Positions 36,661 through 48,941 are shown, numbered from the stretch's first letter. The stretch: 64,000 nt of DNA from an uncultured Winogradskyella sp. (GCF_963975125.1 NZ_CAXBGB010000006.1:780-64779), one strand, 5' to 3'. The notes: generated from the sequence alone by a model not told the origin. Numbers and translations are program-made.

Positions 36661-36695
36661 AAAAAACGCGAAACTATTAAGTTTCGCGTTTTTTA
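36661..36695. terminator. bidirectional rho-independent terminator between umuD and atpC
   Basis: AAAAAACGCGAAAC-TATTAA-GTTTCGCGTTTTTT, with a GC-containing stem flanked by A-run and T-run. Confidence 0.75.
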
Positions 36696-36714
36696 TTATA
36701 ATGATTGAATATTA

Positions 36715-36990
36715 TTAATCAGCTAAAATAATTAGCTTATTATCTTTCATTTCAATAGTACCAGAATTGATAGCTAACCAAACGCCATTATCAGCCTTCG
36801 TAAACTTATCTTCTACTTCTTCTTCGAGTGTAACAGAACCAGCAACCTTTACATGACCTTCTTTAAGAATAGACACAATAGGTGCGTGATCTTTTAACAT
36901 TTCGAATTCTCCGGTAACACCAGGGACAGTAACAGAATCAACTTCTCCACTAAATAAAGTCGCTTCTGGTGATACAATTTCTAAATACAT
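36715..36990 (-). CDS. atpC: F0F1 ATP synthase subunit epsilon
   Basis: MYLEIVSPEATLFSGEVDSVTVPGVTGEFEMLKDHAP. 91 aa. Directly downstream of atpD. Confidence 0.9.
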   Translation of the reverse strand: MYLEIVSPEATLFSGEVDSVTVPGVTGEFEMLKDHAPIVSILKEGHVKVAGSVTLEEEVEDKFTKADNGVWLAINSGTIEMKDNKLIILAD

Positions 36991-37007
36991 AATTCTGAAA
37001 TTTTAGA

Positions 37008-38686
<1,679 letters not shown>

Positions 38687-38706
38687 ACAAATTATATGAA
38701 GCCTTG

Positions 38707-40185
38707 TTATTGTAAACCAGCAGAGTAATTTGTATTGTAAGTACCTATATCAACTAGGTTACCTGAGGCTTCAAAATTAGAACCATATTTTAAGTCAATA
38801 GCTTTTAAAAATTGATTAGCTAATAAAGCATAACCTCTAGAAGTTGGGTGTACACCATCTAAAGAGAAGGCACCTCCAGTAACAAAGTCTGATGTTAAAT
38901 TGTAATTTCCAGAAGGTAAGTTACCATCTTTCAATAAGTTTAATAAAGCATTAGCATCAACAAATGCTAAATTTGCTCCACTAGCTTCTGCTTGTATTGT
39001 TGCGTTAAAAGCGTCTGTAGCCATTTTAATTTCTAATTGCTCTTCTGGTGTTAAAACCCATTTATCTTCTAATTGGATTTGTGTTCCATAACCTTGTGGG
39101 ATTAAAGATAATAATGGTAATAAAAATAAATCTGCAGCGGTAGCTTGTCTATAGTTAGGAATACCAAAACTACTTAAGTCAGTCAAATCTTCATCAATTA
39201 ATACCAGTGCATTATTTGCACTTTCCGAAAAAACTACAGTTCTTTTATCTACTTCTTCTTGAGTTAATAACCCATTTGTAAAAGCAAATTGTAGTCCACC
39301 ATTATAAGTAGCATAACCTTGGTTTAAGGCACCTGCTGTTGCTGCATCTAAAGGTACAGGGTTATGTGGTACTGTAGTAAAGTGAGGTATAGCAGTTACA
39401 TCAGGTATGTTCGCAACAACTCCTTGAGCGCCTCCAGCAGTTAATGTCGAAACCAAAGTAGAATACGCAAAATCAAATGTTGCTTGAGGTGTTATGGGAT
39501 CGTAGTCTTCAGACATTGTATTGCTTTCTCCTCCAGAGAGAGCATAACCTAATACGTCATTATTTCCTATCCATAATGAAAAGAAAGTAGGTGCTTGTGC
39601 CATTGCATCTGCAATAACAGAAGTTGTTGTAGAACTAGCCATTCTAACAAAAAATGGATTTGCCGTAGCCGGCACAGCGAATAAACCAGAAAAATTCCCA
39701 TACCCTGGAGCTAATAAATGAAAACTCTTAGCGCCTGGAACACCCATGTTATTAAAAGGTCCAGTTGGATTATTTAGTACAATATCTGTTGTGGTCATTG
39801 CACCAGGATTAAGTGATGTAATTGGTACAGGTGCAGTGCCATTAAATACTAATCTAGGTCCAAATCCTGGTAAAGGAGAACCACCAGCTAATAAACCACC
39901 AGTATTATCATTCATTAAAGGTTGGGTAAAGTTACCACCACCAATTAAAGAAAATTGATCAGCCATGATACTTGGCGTCGAATTTTCCTGAGCAATACTG
40001 TATAAAGTCCCGTCTGCAAAACCAGCAGTTAAAGAGTTACCCAATGCTACAAAATTTGAAAAATTTGCATTACCAGCAGTTAATTCTGGTAAGACCTCTG
40101 TGTCACTTCCTGAATCATCATCACTCTCACAGGCCAAAAAGCCTAAAGTAAGAAGTGATAATGCGATGTATTTTATATTTTTCAT
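38707..40185 (-). CDS. SGNH/GDSL-family hydrolase lipoprotein
   Basis: Lipobox LGFLAC. Block I ALGNSLTAGF, block III WIGNNDVLGY, block V DGVHPTSRGY. 492 aa. Confidence 0.75.
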   Translation of the reverse strand: MKNIKYIALSLLTLGFLACESDDDSGSDTEVLPELTAGNANFSNFVALGNSLTAGFADGTLYSIAQENSTPSIMADQFSLIGGGNFTQPLMNDNTGGLLAGGSPLPGFGPRLVFNGTAPVPITSLNPGAMTTTDIVLNNPTGPFNNMGVPGAKSFHLLAPGYGNFSGLFAVPATANPFFVRMASSTTTSVIADAMAQAPTFFSLWIGNNDVLGYALSGGESNTMSEDYDPITPQATFDFAYSTLVSTLTAGGAQGVVANIPDVTAIPHFTTVPHNPVPLDAATAGALNQGYATYNGGLQFAFTNGLLTQEEVDKRTVVFSESANNALVLIDEDLTDLSSFGIPNYRQATAADLFLLPLLSLIPQGYGTQIQLEDKWVLTPEEQLEIKMATDAFNATIQAEASGANLAFVDANALLNLLKDGNLPSGNYNLTSDFVTGGAFSLDGVHPTSRGYALLANQFLKAIDLKYGSNFEASGNLVDIGTYNTNYSAGLQ

Positions 40186-40206
40186 TTTATATTTTCTTTT
40201 TCGTTA

Positions 40207-43047
40207 TTATAGATTGTTGATTGTCCATGATGCGTAATACATAGAGCCTACGAACCCTGTTCCAATTGCAGTAAAATACTCATCTTGTAAAAGATTAGTT
40301 GCACCAACTTTAAATGTTGATTTGAGACTCGGTACTCTATAATTAATTTGAGCGTCTAAAACATGAAATGCAGGAATATTACCATCACCAAAACCTGCTT
40401 CCCATAAATAAGAGTCACTCCATCTCCAAGCTACATTAAATCCGAAATTTTTAAATAACTCAGTTTTACCAAAAGACGCTTTTACCTTATGCTCTGGTGT
40501 GTTAAAATTAGTCTGAAAATCTGGATTTTTCTTTTCGTCAAAATCTAATTTTGCGTAAGTATAATTCATACTTAAATCAAAACCGTCGAAAACTTTTGTA
40601 GAAACTGCGATGGCAGCTCCATACGAATTAACTTCAGCTTCAGAATTTGTGTAGGTTCTATAAGTTTGAAAATCATCATTTTGTAAAGCTGCCAAGATTA
40701 ATTGTGTATCTTGATTTAAACCAGCTACAGATGCTGGGTTTGAAGGGTCATATCCTGTAAGATCAAAATTAGCATTATCACCATAATAAGGGGCAACTAC
40801 AGTTTCATTAGATAGAAAATCTTGGTACGCACTGTAATAAGCAGAAGCATCAATAATAATCTTTCCTAACTTACCTCTATAGCCTACTTCAAAAGAACTT
40901 ACTTGTTCTGGCTTTGCAAGATTTGAGTTTGCCACTAAATCTCGACCATTATCAGCTGGGTTGTGTGTAGCAAGTGACGCGGCTCCAGTTGCAAATAGAG
41001 AATTTGAATAAGCTCCCTGACCAGAAAAGTCAATAGTGTTTGAACCGATTATATTTGCTCCAAATGGACTTACTCCATAGGTTCTTACATAGCGATCAGG
41101 ATTATCAACAGCCCCTCCAACAAGATTAATAACACCTAAGTTAAGTCCGATATAAAGTGATTGTGTATCAGGATTCCTAAAACCTGTTTGAAATGAAGCT
41201 CTAATATTGTGGTTGTCATTTATAGTGAAACCAGCAGATATTCTAGGCGATAAAAAGGCATCAAATAACTCTGACTTGTCGTAGCGTACAGAACCTGTTA
41301 ATTTTAAATCAACATTTTCATTTAGCTCTAGACTTTTTTGCAGTTGTGTATATATACCAACTTCAGAAAATTTTATTGGACCATCGGCATCTGTAAAAAC
41401 CGTGCCAGATGAATTCAACTGATATTGTCTATACGATCCACCAACTTGTATTTCAATAGCATCCCAAAGATGACTAAAGTTATAGTTGGCATCTCCGTGA
41501 TAGATTTTTGAATTATCTTGAAATTTTGAACCCGTATTTAAATCCGGATCGTTTATTGTTTGATTGAAAGCAGCTTCAAACTCTGGTGTTCCAGGTAAGA
41601 AACGACCTGTGTCAGCTACAGCTCTTGATGCTGCATGTTTTTCGGCTTCAGTTAATCCACTTGGGTTTCCAGAGAACTCTATGCCTGCATAAGTACCAAT
41701 ATATTGTTCAAACCAATCATTATCACTCTTCCAAGCTCTATTAATATTTATACCAGTAAAAAACATGTCATAAGAATCACCTGCTTTGTCTTCAGTAACA
41801 TAGCCTCGTATGAAGAAATTATCATTTTTAACTTCAATTTTGTGCTGTTGTAAAAAGAAGTTTTTAATACTATATCTATTCCCTCCTTGATAAATAGTAC
41901 TACCAGAACCTACTTTACCTACATATTGAATTTCAAAATCATTCTCCCAAGGTCTAAAGTAGAGTCCCCAATCTGCTTTTATACTTTCGGCATCATAATT
42001 AGTTAGGTCTTTTTCTTCATAGCCTGTTCTACTAACAACAACATCTGGGATTATACCTAAGCCTGAAGCTGTTCTAATATTTGTTGAAACTTCATCTCCA
42101 TATACATTAACTCCATTATAGTCTAAGTCATTTTCTCTAGTTCTACCAGTAGTCACAAAATTATCAGGCCCTTTACTTTCTGTATTAGTAGCAAACCAAT
42201 CTGTACCTTTTAGGTAACCAAAATTTACTTTAGCTGCAAATTTCTCACTGAATTTGTATGCCATTCTAACGCCTAAATCAGTATATGTATTATCTCCGGC
42301 TGCATCTTGGGACGTAAGACCTCTTTTTACATAACCACTTATACCCGAATGATCAAATGGACTTTTACTTTGCATAAACAAAATACCGTTAAAAGCATTC
42401 GCTCCATATAAAGCCGAAGATGCACCAGGTAGAAGTTCTACACTTAAGACATCAGTTTCTGTCATTCCTAATAAATTTCCAAGAGGGAAATTTAATATTG
42501 GTGCTGAGTTATCCATTCCGTCAACCAATTGCATAAAACGCGTGTTAGCAAATGTTGCAAAACCTCTGGTATTTATAGATTTAAAAGTTAAACTATTGGT
42601 GTTAATATCTACACCTTTTAGGTTTTCTAAACCGCCGTAAAAATCTGCGGAAGCAGTATTTTTAATTTCTTTTAGACCAAATCGTTCTACCGTAACTGGT
42701 GATTCAAAAATACGTTCGGGTGTACGCGATGCAGAAATTACAACTTCATCGAGTGCGTTGCCTTCTTCTAAAGTAACATCTACAGTTTGATTCTTGGATG
42801 TTATCTCAATGGTTTGAGGTTCAAAACCGGTATAACTTATACGGATTGAAAATGGTGGAACTTGATCTACCGATAGCGTATAATTACCGTCAAAATCTGA
42901 TACAGTACCAGAGCTGGTACCTACTACGACAATATTTGCACCAGGTAAGGGTAACCCAGTATTGTCAGAAATTTTACCTTTTACTGTGGTTTGAGCAAAC
43001 GATACCACACAAAAAAGCATTGTGAAAAGCTTTAAGATTGTCTTCAT
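40207..43047 (-). CDS. TonB-dependent receptor with CarboxypepD_reg N-terminal domain
   Basis: 946 aa. TVKGKISDNTGLPLPGANIVVVGT N-domain, plug motifs, terminal WTINNL strand. Confidence 0.9.
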   Translation of the reverse strand: MKTILKLFTMLFCVVSFAQTTVKGKISDNTGLPLPGANIVVVGTSSGTVSDFDGNYTLSVDQVPPFSIRISYTGFEPQTIEITSKNQTVDVTLEEGNALDEVVISASRTPERIFESPVTVERFGLKEIKNTASADFYGGLENLKGVDINTNSLTFKSINTRGFATFANTRFMQLVDGMDNSAPILNFPLGNLLGMTETDVLSVELLPGASSALYGANAFNGILFMQSKSPFDHSGISGYVKRGLTSQDAAGDNTYTDLGVRMAYKFSEKFAAKVNFGYLKGTDWFATNTESKGPDNFVTTGRTRENDLDYNGVNVYGDEVSTNIRTASGLGIIPDVVVSRTGYEEKDLTNYDAESIKADWGLYFRPWENDFEIQYVGKVGSGSTIYQGGNRYSIKNFFLQQHKIEVKNDNFFIRGYVTEDKAGDSYDMFFTGININRAWKSDNDWFEQYIGTYAGIEFSGNPSGLTEAEKHAASRAVADTGRFLPGTPEFEAAFNQTINDPDLNTGSKFQDNSKIYHGDANYNFSHLWDAIEIQVGGSYRQYQLNSSGTVFTDADGPIKFSEVGIYTQLQKSLELNENVDLKLTGSVRYDKSELFDAFLSPRISAGFTINDNHNIRASFQTGFRNPDTQSLYIGLNLGVINLVGGAVDNPDRYVRTYGVSPFGANIIGSNTIDFSGQGAYSNSLFATGAASLATHNPADNGRDLVANSNLAKPEQVSSFEVGYRGKLGKIIIDASAYYSAYQDFLSNETVVAPYYGDNANFDLTGYDPSNPASVAGLNQDTQLILAALQNDDFQTYRTYTNSEAEVNSYGAAIAVSTKVFDGFDLSMNYTYAKLDFDEKKNPDFQTNFNTPEHKVKASFGKTELFKNFGFNVAWRWSDSYLWEAGFGDGNIPAFHVLDAQINYRVPSLKSTFKVGATNLLQDEYFTAIGTGFVGSMYYASWTINNL

Positions 43048-43144
43048 TTTAGAGAGTTAGTTAATTTATTAGATGAGCAATTTAATTAAATATATGAAAA
43101 TTTAGTAAGAAATTCTCATAAAATTATGCGCGCATAGTAAATTA

Positions 43145-43194
43145 TAAAAAAAATTAAGCCTATAAATTGTAGATTCTACAATTTATAGGCTTAA
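43145..43194 (-). terminator. rho-independent terminator after glmS
   Basis: Perfect 19-bp stem TTAAGCCTATAAATTGTAG / CTACAATTTATAGGCTTAA with a 3-nt loop. The minus strand continues with T8. Confidence 0.8.
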
Positions 43195-43221
43195 AAAATA
43201 GGATTTTATAATCTGTTTTAG

Positions 43222-45069
43222 TTATTCAACTGTAACAGATTTAGCTAAATTCCTAGGTTGATCTACATTCTTATCTAACATAACCGCAATGTGGTATGAT
43301 AATAGTTGCAAAGGAATAGTCGTTAATAACGGTGTAAGACATTCAAGTGTTTCTGGAACTTCAATAACATAATCTGCCAATTCTTTTACGCTTGTATCGC
43401 CTTCTGTAACAATGCCAATAATTTTACCTTTTCTAGATTTTATCTCCTGTATATTACTTACAACTTTTTCGTAATGTCCTTTTTTAGTAGCAATAACAAC
43501 AACTGGCATTTGCTCATCTATTAATGCAATAGGGCCATGTTTCATTTCTGCGGCTGGATACCCTTCTGCATGGATATAAGAAATCTCTTTTAATTTTAAT
43601 GCACCTTCTAAAGCAACAGGGAAATTAAATCCACGCCCTAGATACAAAAAATTGGTAGCATCTTTATAAATATCTGCTACAGTCTGAACGTAAGCATCAG
43701 ATTTAAGTGCTTCTTCTACTTTGCTCGGTATGGTCTCAAGTTCAATTAAGTGATGTCTAAATTCTGAACTAGATATAGTTCCTTTGGCTCTTGCTAAACG
43801 TAAAGCCATTAAAGTAAGTACTGTTATTTGTGTTGTAAATGCTTTTGTCGATGCCACACCAATTTCTGGGCCAGCATGTGTGTAAGCACCTGCATCAGTC
43901 TCTCTAGCTATAGAAGAGCCTACAACATTACAAACACCAAATACAAATGCCCCTTTAGATTTTGCTAATTTAATAGCGGCTAAAGTATCTGCTGTTTCAC
44001 CAGATTGCGATATTGCTATTACGACATCTTTTTCTGTTATTACAGGATTTCTATATCTAAATTCTGAAGCGTATTCTACCTCAACAGGTATCCTCGCTAG
44101 ATCTTCAAAAATATATTCTGCAACTAAACCAGCATGCCAAGATGTACCGCAAGCGACAACTATAATACGATCAGCAGCAAGAAATTTTTTCATGTTGTCT
44201 TCGACACCTACCATTTTAATAATTGCCTCATTACTTAGTAGTCTTCCTCTAAAGGTATCTAAAATAGCACTAGGCTGTTCGTAAATTTCCTTCAACATAA
44301 AGTGGTCGTAACCCCCTTTTTCTATTTGCTCAAGATTAAGTTGAAGTTCTTGTACGTATGGATCAACTAAAGCATCATTTTTTATTCTTCTAACCTTAAT
44401 TTTTTTCCCTCTTCTAATAATTGCCATTTCTTCATCTTCAAGATAAATAGCATTTTTAGTATATTCAATAAATGGTGAAGCGTCACTTGCAATAAAGAAT
44501 TCGTCGTCGCCAATACCAATAGCTAATGGACTACCTAATCTTGCAACCACAATTTCATTAGGTTTATTTTTGTCGAAAACAGCGATGGCATAAGCGCCTA
44601 CAACTTGATTTAAAGCAATTTGAACAGCCTTACCGAGTTTTGTGTTTTCATTTTTCTTTACATCTTCAATAAGGTTGACTAAAACTTCAGTATCTGTATC
44701 TGATTTAAAAGTATAACCACGCTTAATTAATTCTTTTTTTAAGGCAGCGTAATTCTCAATAATACCGTTATGGATAATTACCAAATCTCCAGAATTAGAG
44801 TAATGCGGATGAGAGTTAACATCGTTTGGAACACCATGTGTAGCCCAACGTGTATGGCCCATTCCTAGAGTCCCGTCAGTAGAAATTTCAGTTTCAATAC
44901 GTTCCTTAAGATCAGATACTTTTCCTTTGGTTTTTGAAAGTTTGATATTATTTCCGTCGTATAAAGCAATACCAGCACTATCGTAGCCACGATATTCTAG
45001 TCTTTGAAGTCCTTTAATTACTATAGGGTAAGCCTCTCTATGACCAATATATCCAACAATTCCACACAT
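43222..45069 (-). CDS. glmS: glutamine--fructose-6-phosphate aminotransferase
   Basis: MCGIVGYIG Ntn-Cys start, two SIS domains, terminal KSVTVE. 615 aa. Confidence 0.95.
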   Translation of the reverse strand: MCGIVGYIGHREAYPIVIKGLQRLEYRGYDSAGIALYDGNNIKLSKTKGKVSDLKERIETEISTDGTLGMGHTRWATHGVPNDVNSHPHYSNSGDLVIIHNGIIENYAALKKELIKRGYTFKSDTDTEVLVNLIEDVKKNENTKLGKAVQIALNQVVGAYAIAVFDKNKPNEIVVARLGSPLAIGIGDDEFFIASDASPFIEYTKNAIYLEDEEMAIIRRGKKIKVRRIKNDALVDPYVQELQLNLEQIEKGGYDHFMLKEIYEQPSAILDTFRGRLLSNEAIIKMVGVEDNMKKFLAADRIIVVACGTSWHAGLVAEYIFEDLARIPVEVEYASEFRYRNPVITEKDVVIAISQSGETADTLAAIKLAKSKGAFVFGVCNVVGSSIARETDAGAYTHAGPEIGVASTKAFTTQITVLTLMALRLARAKGTISSSEFRHHLIELETIPSKVEEALKSDAYVQTVADIYKDATNFLYLGRGFNFPVALEGALKLKEISYIHAEGYPAAEMKHGPIALIDEQMPVVVIATKKGHYEKVVSNIQEIKSRKGKIIGIVTEGDTSVKELADYVIEVPETLECLTPLLTTIPLQLLSYHIAVMLDKNVDQPRNLAKSVTVE

Positions 45070-45080
45070 AGGTTAATTTT

Positions 45081-46790
45081 TTAGTTATTTGGTTCTGTGT
45101 AATATATTTCTAAAAACACTCTTTTACTTTCGTCTAGGGCATTATTACCATGTAATACTGTACCTCGTGGTGATAAAACCGAGCTTAATGGTATTGTAAA
45201 GCCTGAATTATCAGTGCTTTGCACTTCTTTTTGTCCAAGCGCTATGATTGGGCTTTCTAGATTAACATTAAGAGAAACGGCTAAACCTAATTTCACATTA
45301 GTTGAATCATTTAATAATAGATTATTAATATGTTCTGTAATCTTCAATTTGTATTTAATTCCGTTTCCAGCTGACTCATCATCAACACGTTGCAATGGAC
45401 CAAGATGATTAATTATCGAAAACGAAGGTAAGCTGTTGTTTGCTCCATCTCTACTATAATCGATTAAAGACGTTTTATTATCTATATCATATAAATAAAT
45501 GCGATCTGGTTCGTTATTTTGGATACCTTCATTGTCTGGCAAACTTTCTTGGTCAACATAAAAGACTAGATTTGCTTCGTTGACTAAGCGTTTTGAGTTC
45601 ACAAATTCACCATCCACTAGATTTACGAAATCACTTCTAAATTTTTCAAAATTAGTTATACCTTCGGCTTCATCGTAAAATCCATCAAAAAGTTTTACTA
45701 CTGCAGCAGAGCCTTCTCCACCTTTTAAATAGAGTTTACTATCTCCATTCACTTCATCACCGTTATTAATTGGAGTGGTGAAATCGTTTTCTATAAAATT
45801 AATTCTATTTGGGCCAAACCTAAGAACATAAGTTGATTGGTCAGTTGCATCTTCATCGTCAGTGGTCGAAGGTGTCAGGCGTGTATAGTGTATAGTGATA
45901 TTAGCGTTTTGATTACCAGTATCTAGTATTAAGAAACTGCCATTATTTAGATATGATTCCGCTTTAAAGTAAAGACCTCTAAAATATTCTGCAAAGTTGT
46001 TTTGATTGCTTAAAACAGGGTCGTCTTCTTTATCTATTATTTTATTTTGCCAGTACGTTGGATCTAATTTAACTCTTAATCTGGGTGATAGTCTCTGCGA
46101 AACTTGTGCTTCACCATCCTCGTCATCTTCTTCTAAAACAAACCCTTCTTTACTTATATTAATAATATTACCTCCATCTGAGTAAGATGTTTCAGAACCT
46201 GTAAGCATTATAAGCTCTTCCCCTTCTAAGACAGCATCTGATATAGGCTCTGTTGCTGATGCAGATTTATTTGAAAAATAAGCTTGACTCTCATTAAACT
46301 CTCCGTTAGGATCAAAATCTCTTATAAAATAATTACTTTCAAAAAGGCTTAATTTTATTGAGTTGTAGGTGTCGGCTTTAGGTAAAACAGAATCTATGTC
46401 GTATAATATGTCGCCGTCTTCTTCACCTGTAGCAGTACTAAAATAAGGAATCGTTAATACTACGGAATCTATCGCAACTTCATCGCCAAAACTTGGACTA
46501 AAAGCACTGGCTGTAATCTGATTTACAAAACTATAAGTGGATCTTCCATACGAATCATCGTACACACCAAGAGTATTAAGATTAACACCGAGGTTATTTG
46601 TTTGAACAGGCCCGAGAACCTTTGTATATGTGATAACATCGTGTTGTTCTGATAAGATATCAAAATTAGTAGCATTCTGATTGTTAATAATATCAGATTC
46701 TAAATCAGCATAGTCTTTATCACAAGCGATAAAACTTAGTACAATTAGTGCGAATGCGGTAATATGTAGGGCGAATTTATTTTTTTTCAT
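45081..46790 (-). CDS. DUF4270-like lipoprotein
   Basis: Lipobox LSFIAC. 569 aa. The position between the short glycogen-synthase-like gene and glmS matches an arrangement I recall for Flavobacteriia. Confidence 0.55.
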   Translation of the reverse strand: MKKNKFALHITAFALIVLSFIACDKDYADLESDIINNQNATNFDILSEQHDVITYTKVLGPVQTNNLGVNLNTLGVYDDSYGRSTYSFVNQITASAFSPSFGDEVAIDSVVLTIPYFSTATGEEDGDILYDIDSVLPKADTYNSIKLSLFESNYFIRDFDPNGEFNESQAYFSNKSASATEPISDAVLEGEELIMLTGSETSYSDGGNIINISKEGFVLEEDDEDGEAQVSQRLSPRLRVKLDPTYWQNKIIDKEDDPVLSNQNNFAEYFRGLYFKAESYLNNGSFLILDTGNQNANITIHYTRLTPSTTDDEDATDQSTYVLRFGPNRINFIENDFTTPINNGDEVNGDSKLYLKGGEGSAAVVKLFDGFYDEAEGITNFEKFRSDFVNLVDGEFVNSKRLVNEANLVFYVDQESLPDNEGIQNNEPDRIYLYDIDNKTSLIDYSRDGANNSLPSFSIINHLGPLQRVDDESAGNGIKYKLKITEHINNLLLNDSTNVKLGLAVSLNVNLESPIIALGQKEVQSTDNSGFTIPLSSVLSPRGTVLHGNNALDESKRVFLEIYYTEPNN

Positions 46791-46798
46791 AGGTAATA

Positions 46799-47611
46799 TT
46801 AACTGTTTAATACAGTATTTGTGTAAAACTCTGTGTATGGATCTGCAAATTCTTCAATAGAATAAAATTCTAAAACAGGTTTTGTTAAATCATTAATGTA
46901 TGTATCTAATTCTTTTGGTAATTCTTCAGAACCTCTAATAATAGCATCAGAATTATCAATAGCAATTTTCATTAAATTAATATAATCAGGCTTCTTTAAG
47001 GATTTTGTTGCTTCTTCATCTAAACCATCAAAATTTATTTTAGCGAGCATGTCTTTATCTAACGCACCTTCAAAACTTTGATTGTACACAGAGGTTACTA
47101 TTTTACTTTCAGTAAACAGAGGTTCTGTTTTGTAAAACTCTTTTAAATATAAAGGTAATAAGGATGCAAGCCAACCGTTAACATGAATAATGTCTGGTGC
47201 CCAATTCAATTTTTTAACAGTTTCAATAACTCCTTTTGCAAAGAAAATAGCACGTTCGTCATTATCTGGGAAGAGATTTCCGTTTTCGTCTGTTAATGTC
47301 GCTTTCCTCTTAAAATAATCTTCATTATCTATAAAATACACCTGAATACGTTCTTTAGGGATAGATGCCACTTTAATAATTAACGGCATATCTAAGTCGT
47401 TAATCACCAAGTTGATTCCAGAAAGCCTAATCACTTCATGTAATTGGTGTCTTCTCTCATTAATATTACCAAAGCGAGGCATAAATATGCGTATCTGACC
47501 GCCTTGTTTGTTTACCATTCTTGGTGCTTCAAATGACATTGAAGAAATCTCAGTCTCTGGTAAATATGGAACTACTTCCGAGGACACATACAATATTCGT
47601 TTATCTTTCAT
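46799..47611 (-). CDS. glycogen-synthase-like protein, N-terminal (GT5) domain only
   Basis: RILYVSSEVVPYLPETEISS resembles the GlgA N-terminus but lacks the KTGGL motif. Only 270 aa, so there is no C-terminal GT domain. Confidence 0.65.
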   Translation of the reverse strand: MKDKRILYVSSEVVPYLPETEISSMSFEAPRMVNKQGGQIRIFMPRFGNINERRHQLHEVIRLSGINLVINDLDMPLIIKVASIPKERIQVYFIDNEDYFKRKATLTDENGNLFPDNDERAIFFAKGVIETVKKLNWAPDIIHVNGWLASLLPLYLKEFYKTEPLFTESKIVTSVYNQSFEGALDKDMLAKINFDGLDEEATKSLKKPDYINLMKIAIDNSDAIIRGSEELPKELDTYINDLTKPVLEFYSIEEFADPYTEFYTNTVLNS

Positions 47612-47649
47612 AAATCTGCTGCTTTTAAAAATTAAAAGTAAAAAACATG

Positions 47650-47657
47650 CAAAATTA
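47650..47657 (-). promoter_or_regulatory. candidate -7 box TAATTTTG (minus strand)
   Basis: Exact TAnnTTTG match 39 nt upstream of the ATG at 47611. Confidence 0.4.
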
Positions 47658-47688
47658 CAAAATTTTGTGCAGATTGCCAGTAAAATAT

Positions 47689-47696
47689 TATGTTTG
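47689..47696 (+). promoter_or_regulatory. candidate -7 box TATGTTTG for panC
   Basis: Exact TAnnTTTG match 26 nt upstream of the TTG start at 47722. Confidence 0.45.
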
Positions 47697-47721
47697 CACG
47701 CGTTAATTTTTTGTTAGAGTA

Positions 47722-48573
47722 TTGAAAAAATTTCACAATAGAACCGAATTATCATATCATATTGATGCTATAAAAGCCAAAGGAAAGTCCATTGGGTTTG
47801 TACCAACTATGGGAGCACTGCACAATGGTCATTTATCATTGGTTAATAAAGGATTAAGTCAGAATGATATAGTTGTGGTTAGCATTTTTGTTAATCCTAC
47901 TCAATTTAACAACCAAGAAGATCTTGTTAAATACCCAAGAACTTTAGATGCTGATGTTAGTCTTTTAAAAACAGTAAGTGATACAACGATTATTGTATAT
48001 GCTCCTTTGGTAGAGGATATTTATGGCGGCAATATTAAGTCTCAATCGTTTAATTTTGATGGATTAGAGCGCGAAATGGAAGGTGCATTTAGAGACGGTC
48101 ATTTTGATGGTGTCGGTACAATAGTGAAGCGTTTATTAGAAATTGTAAAACCAGATTACGCATATTTTGGTGAAAAGGATTTTCAGCAATTACAGATTAT
48201 TATAAAACTTGTTGAGTTACACCATATTCCTGTAAAAATTATAGGTTGTGCCATTTACAGAGCAGAAGATGGTTTAGCTATGAGTTCTAGAAATGAAATA
48301 CTGACACAAGAGCATAGAGATGCGGTGCCTTTTATATATAAAACGCTAAAAACTGCCAAAGTAAAGTTTGGTACAAAAAGTGCTCAAAGTGTTACGGAAT
48401 GGGTTGAAAAGCAATTTAAACAACAGCCGCTCTTAGAGCTTGAATACTTTAGTATTGCAGATACAAAGACCTTAAAACCAGTTAAACGAAAATCAACAAA
48501 AAAAACATATAGAGCGTTTGTAGCTGTATATGCTGGCGATATTAGACTTATAGATAATATTGCACTAAATTAA
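47722..48573 (+). CDS. panC: pantoate--beta-alanine ligase
   Basis: [16 protein letters not shown] motif. The first in-frame ATG lies inside that motif, so the TTG at 47722 is the start. Confidence 0.92.
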   Translation: MKKFHNRTELSYHIDAIKAKGKSIGFVPTMGALHNGHLSLVNKGLSQNDIVVVSIFVNPTQFNNQEDLVKYPRTLDADVSLLKTVSDTTIIVYAPLVEDIYGGNIKSQSFNFDGLEREMEGAFRDGHFDGVGTIVKRLLEIVKPDYAYFGEKDFQQLQIIIKLVELHHIPVKIIGCAIYRAEDGLAMSSRNEILTQEHRDAVPFIYKTLKTAKVKFGTKSAQSVTEWVEKQFKQQPLLELEYFSIADTKTLKPVKRKSTKKTYRAFVAVYAGDIRLIDNIALN

Positions 48574-48586
48574 TTATCTTTGCCTC

Positions 48587-48937
48587 ATGCAAATTCAAGT
48601 TGTAAAATCTAAGATACACCGTGTAAAAGTTACAGGTGCAGCCCTGAATTATATAGGAAGTATTACAATCGATGAAGACCTCATGGAAGCCGCTAATGTT
48701 ATACAAGGTGAAAAAGTTCAGATTGTAAATAATGACAATGGTGAGCGTTTAGAAACCTACTGTATTCCTGGCCCTCGAAATAGTGGAGAAATAACATTAA
48801 ATGGGGCAGCTGCACGTAAAGTTGCGGTTGGTGATACACTAATTCTTATTACTTATGCGTTTATGGATATCGAGGAAGCTAAAGTGTTTAAACCATCATT
48901 AGTATTCCCTGATGAGGCAACTAACCTCCTAAAATAA
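48587..48937 (+). CDS. panD: aspartate 1-decarboxylase
   Basis: [29 protein letters not shown] with the Gly-Ser self-cleavage site. 116 aa. Confidence 0.93.
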   Translation: MQIQVVKSKIHRVKVTGAALNYIGSITIDEDLMEAANVIQGEKVQIVNNDNGERLETYCIPGPRNSGEITLNGAAARKVAVGDTLILITYAFMDIEEAKVFKPSLVFPDEATNLLK

Positions 48938-48941
48938 ACCG

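Noticed and set aside
43222-45080. glmS ribozyme upstream of glmS.
   Set aside because: Only 11 nt separate glmS from the preceding lipoprotein gene, which leaves no room for the ribozyme.
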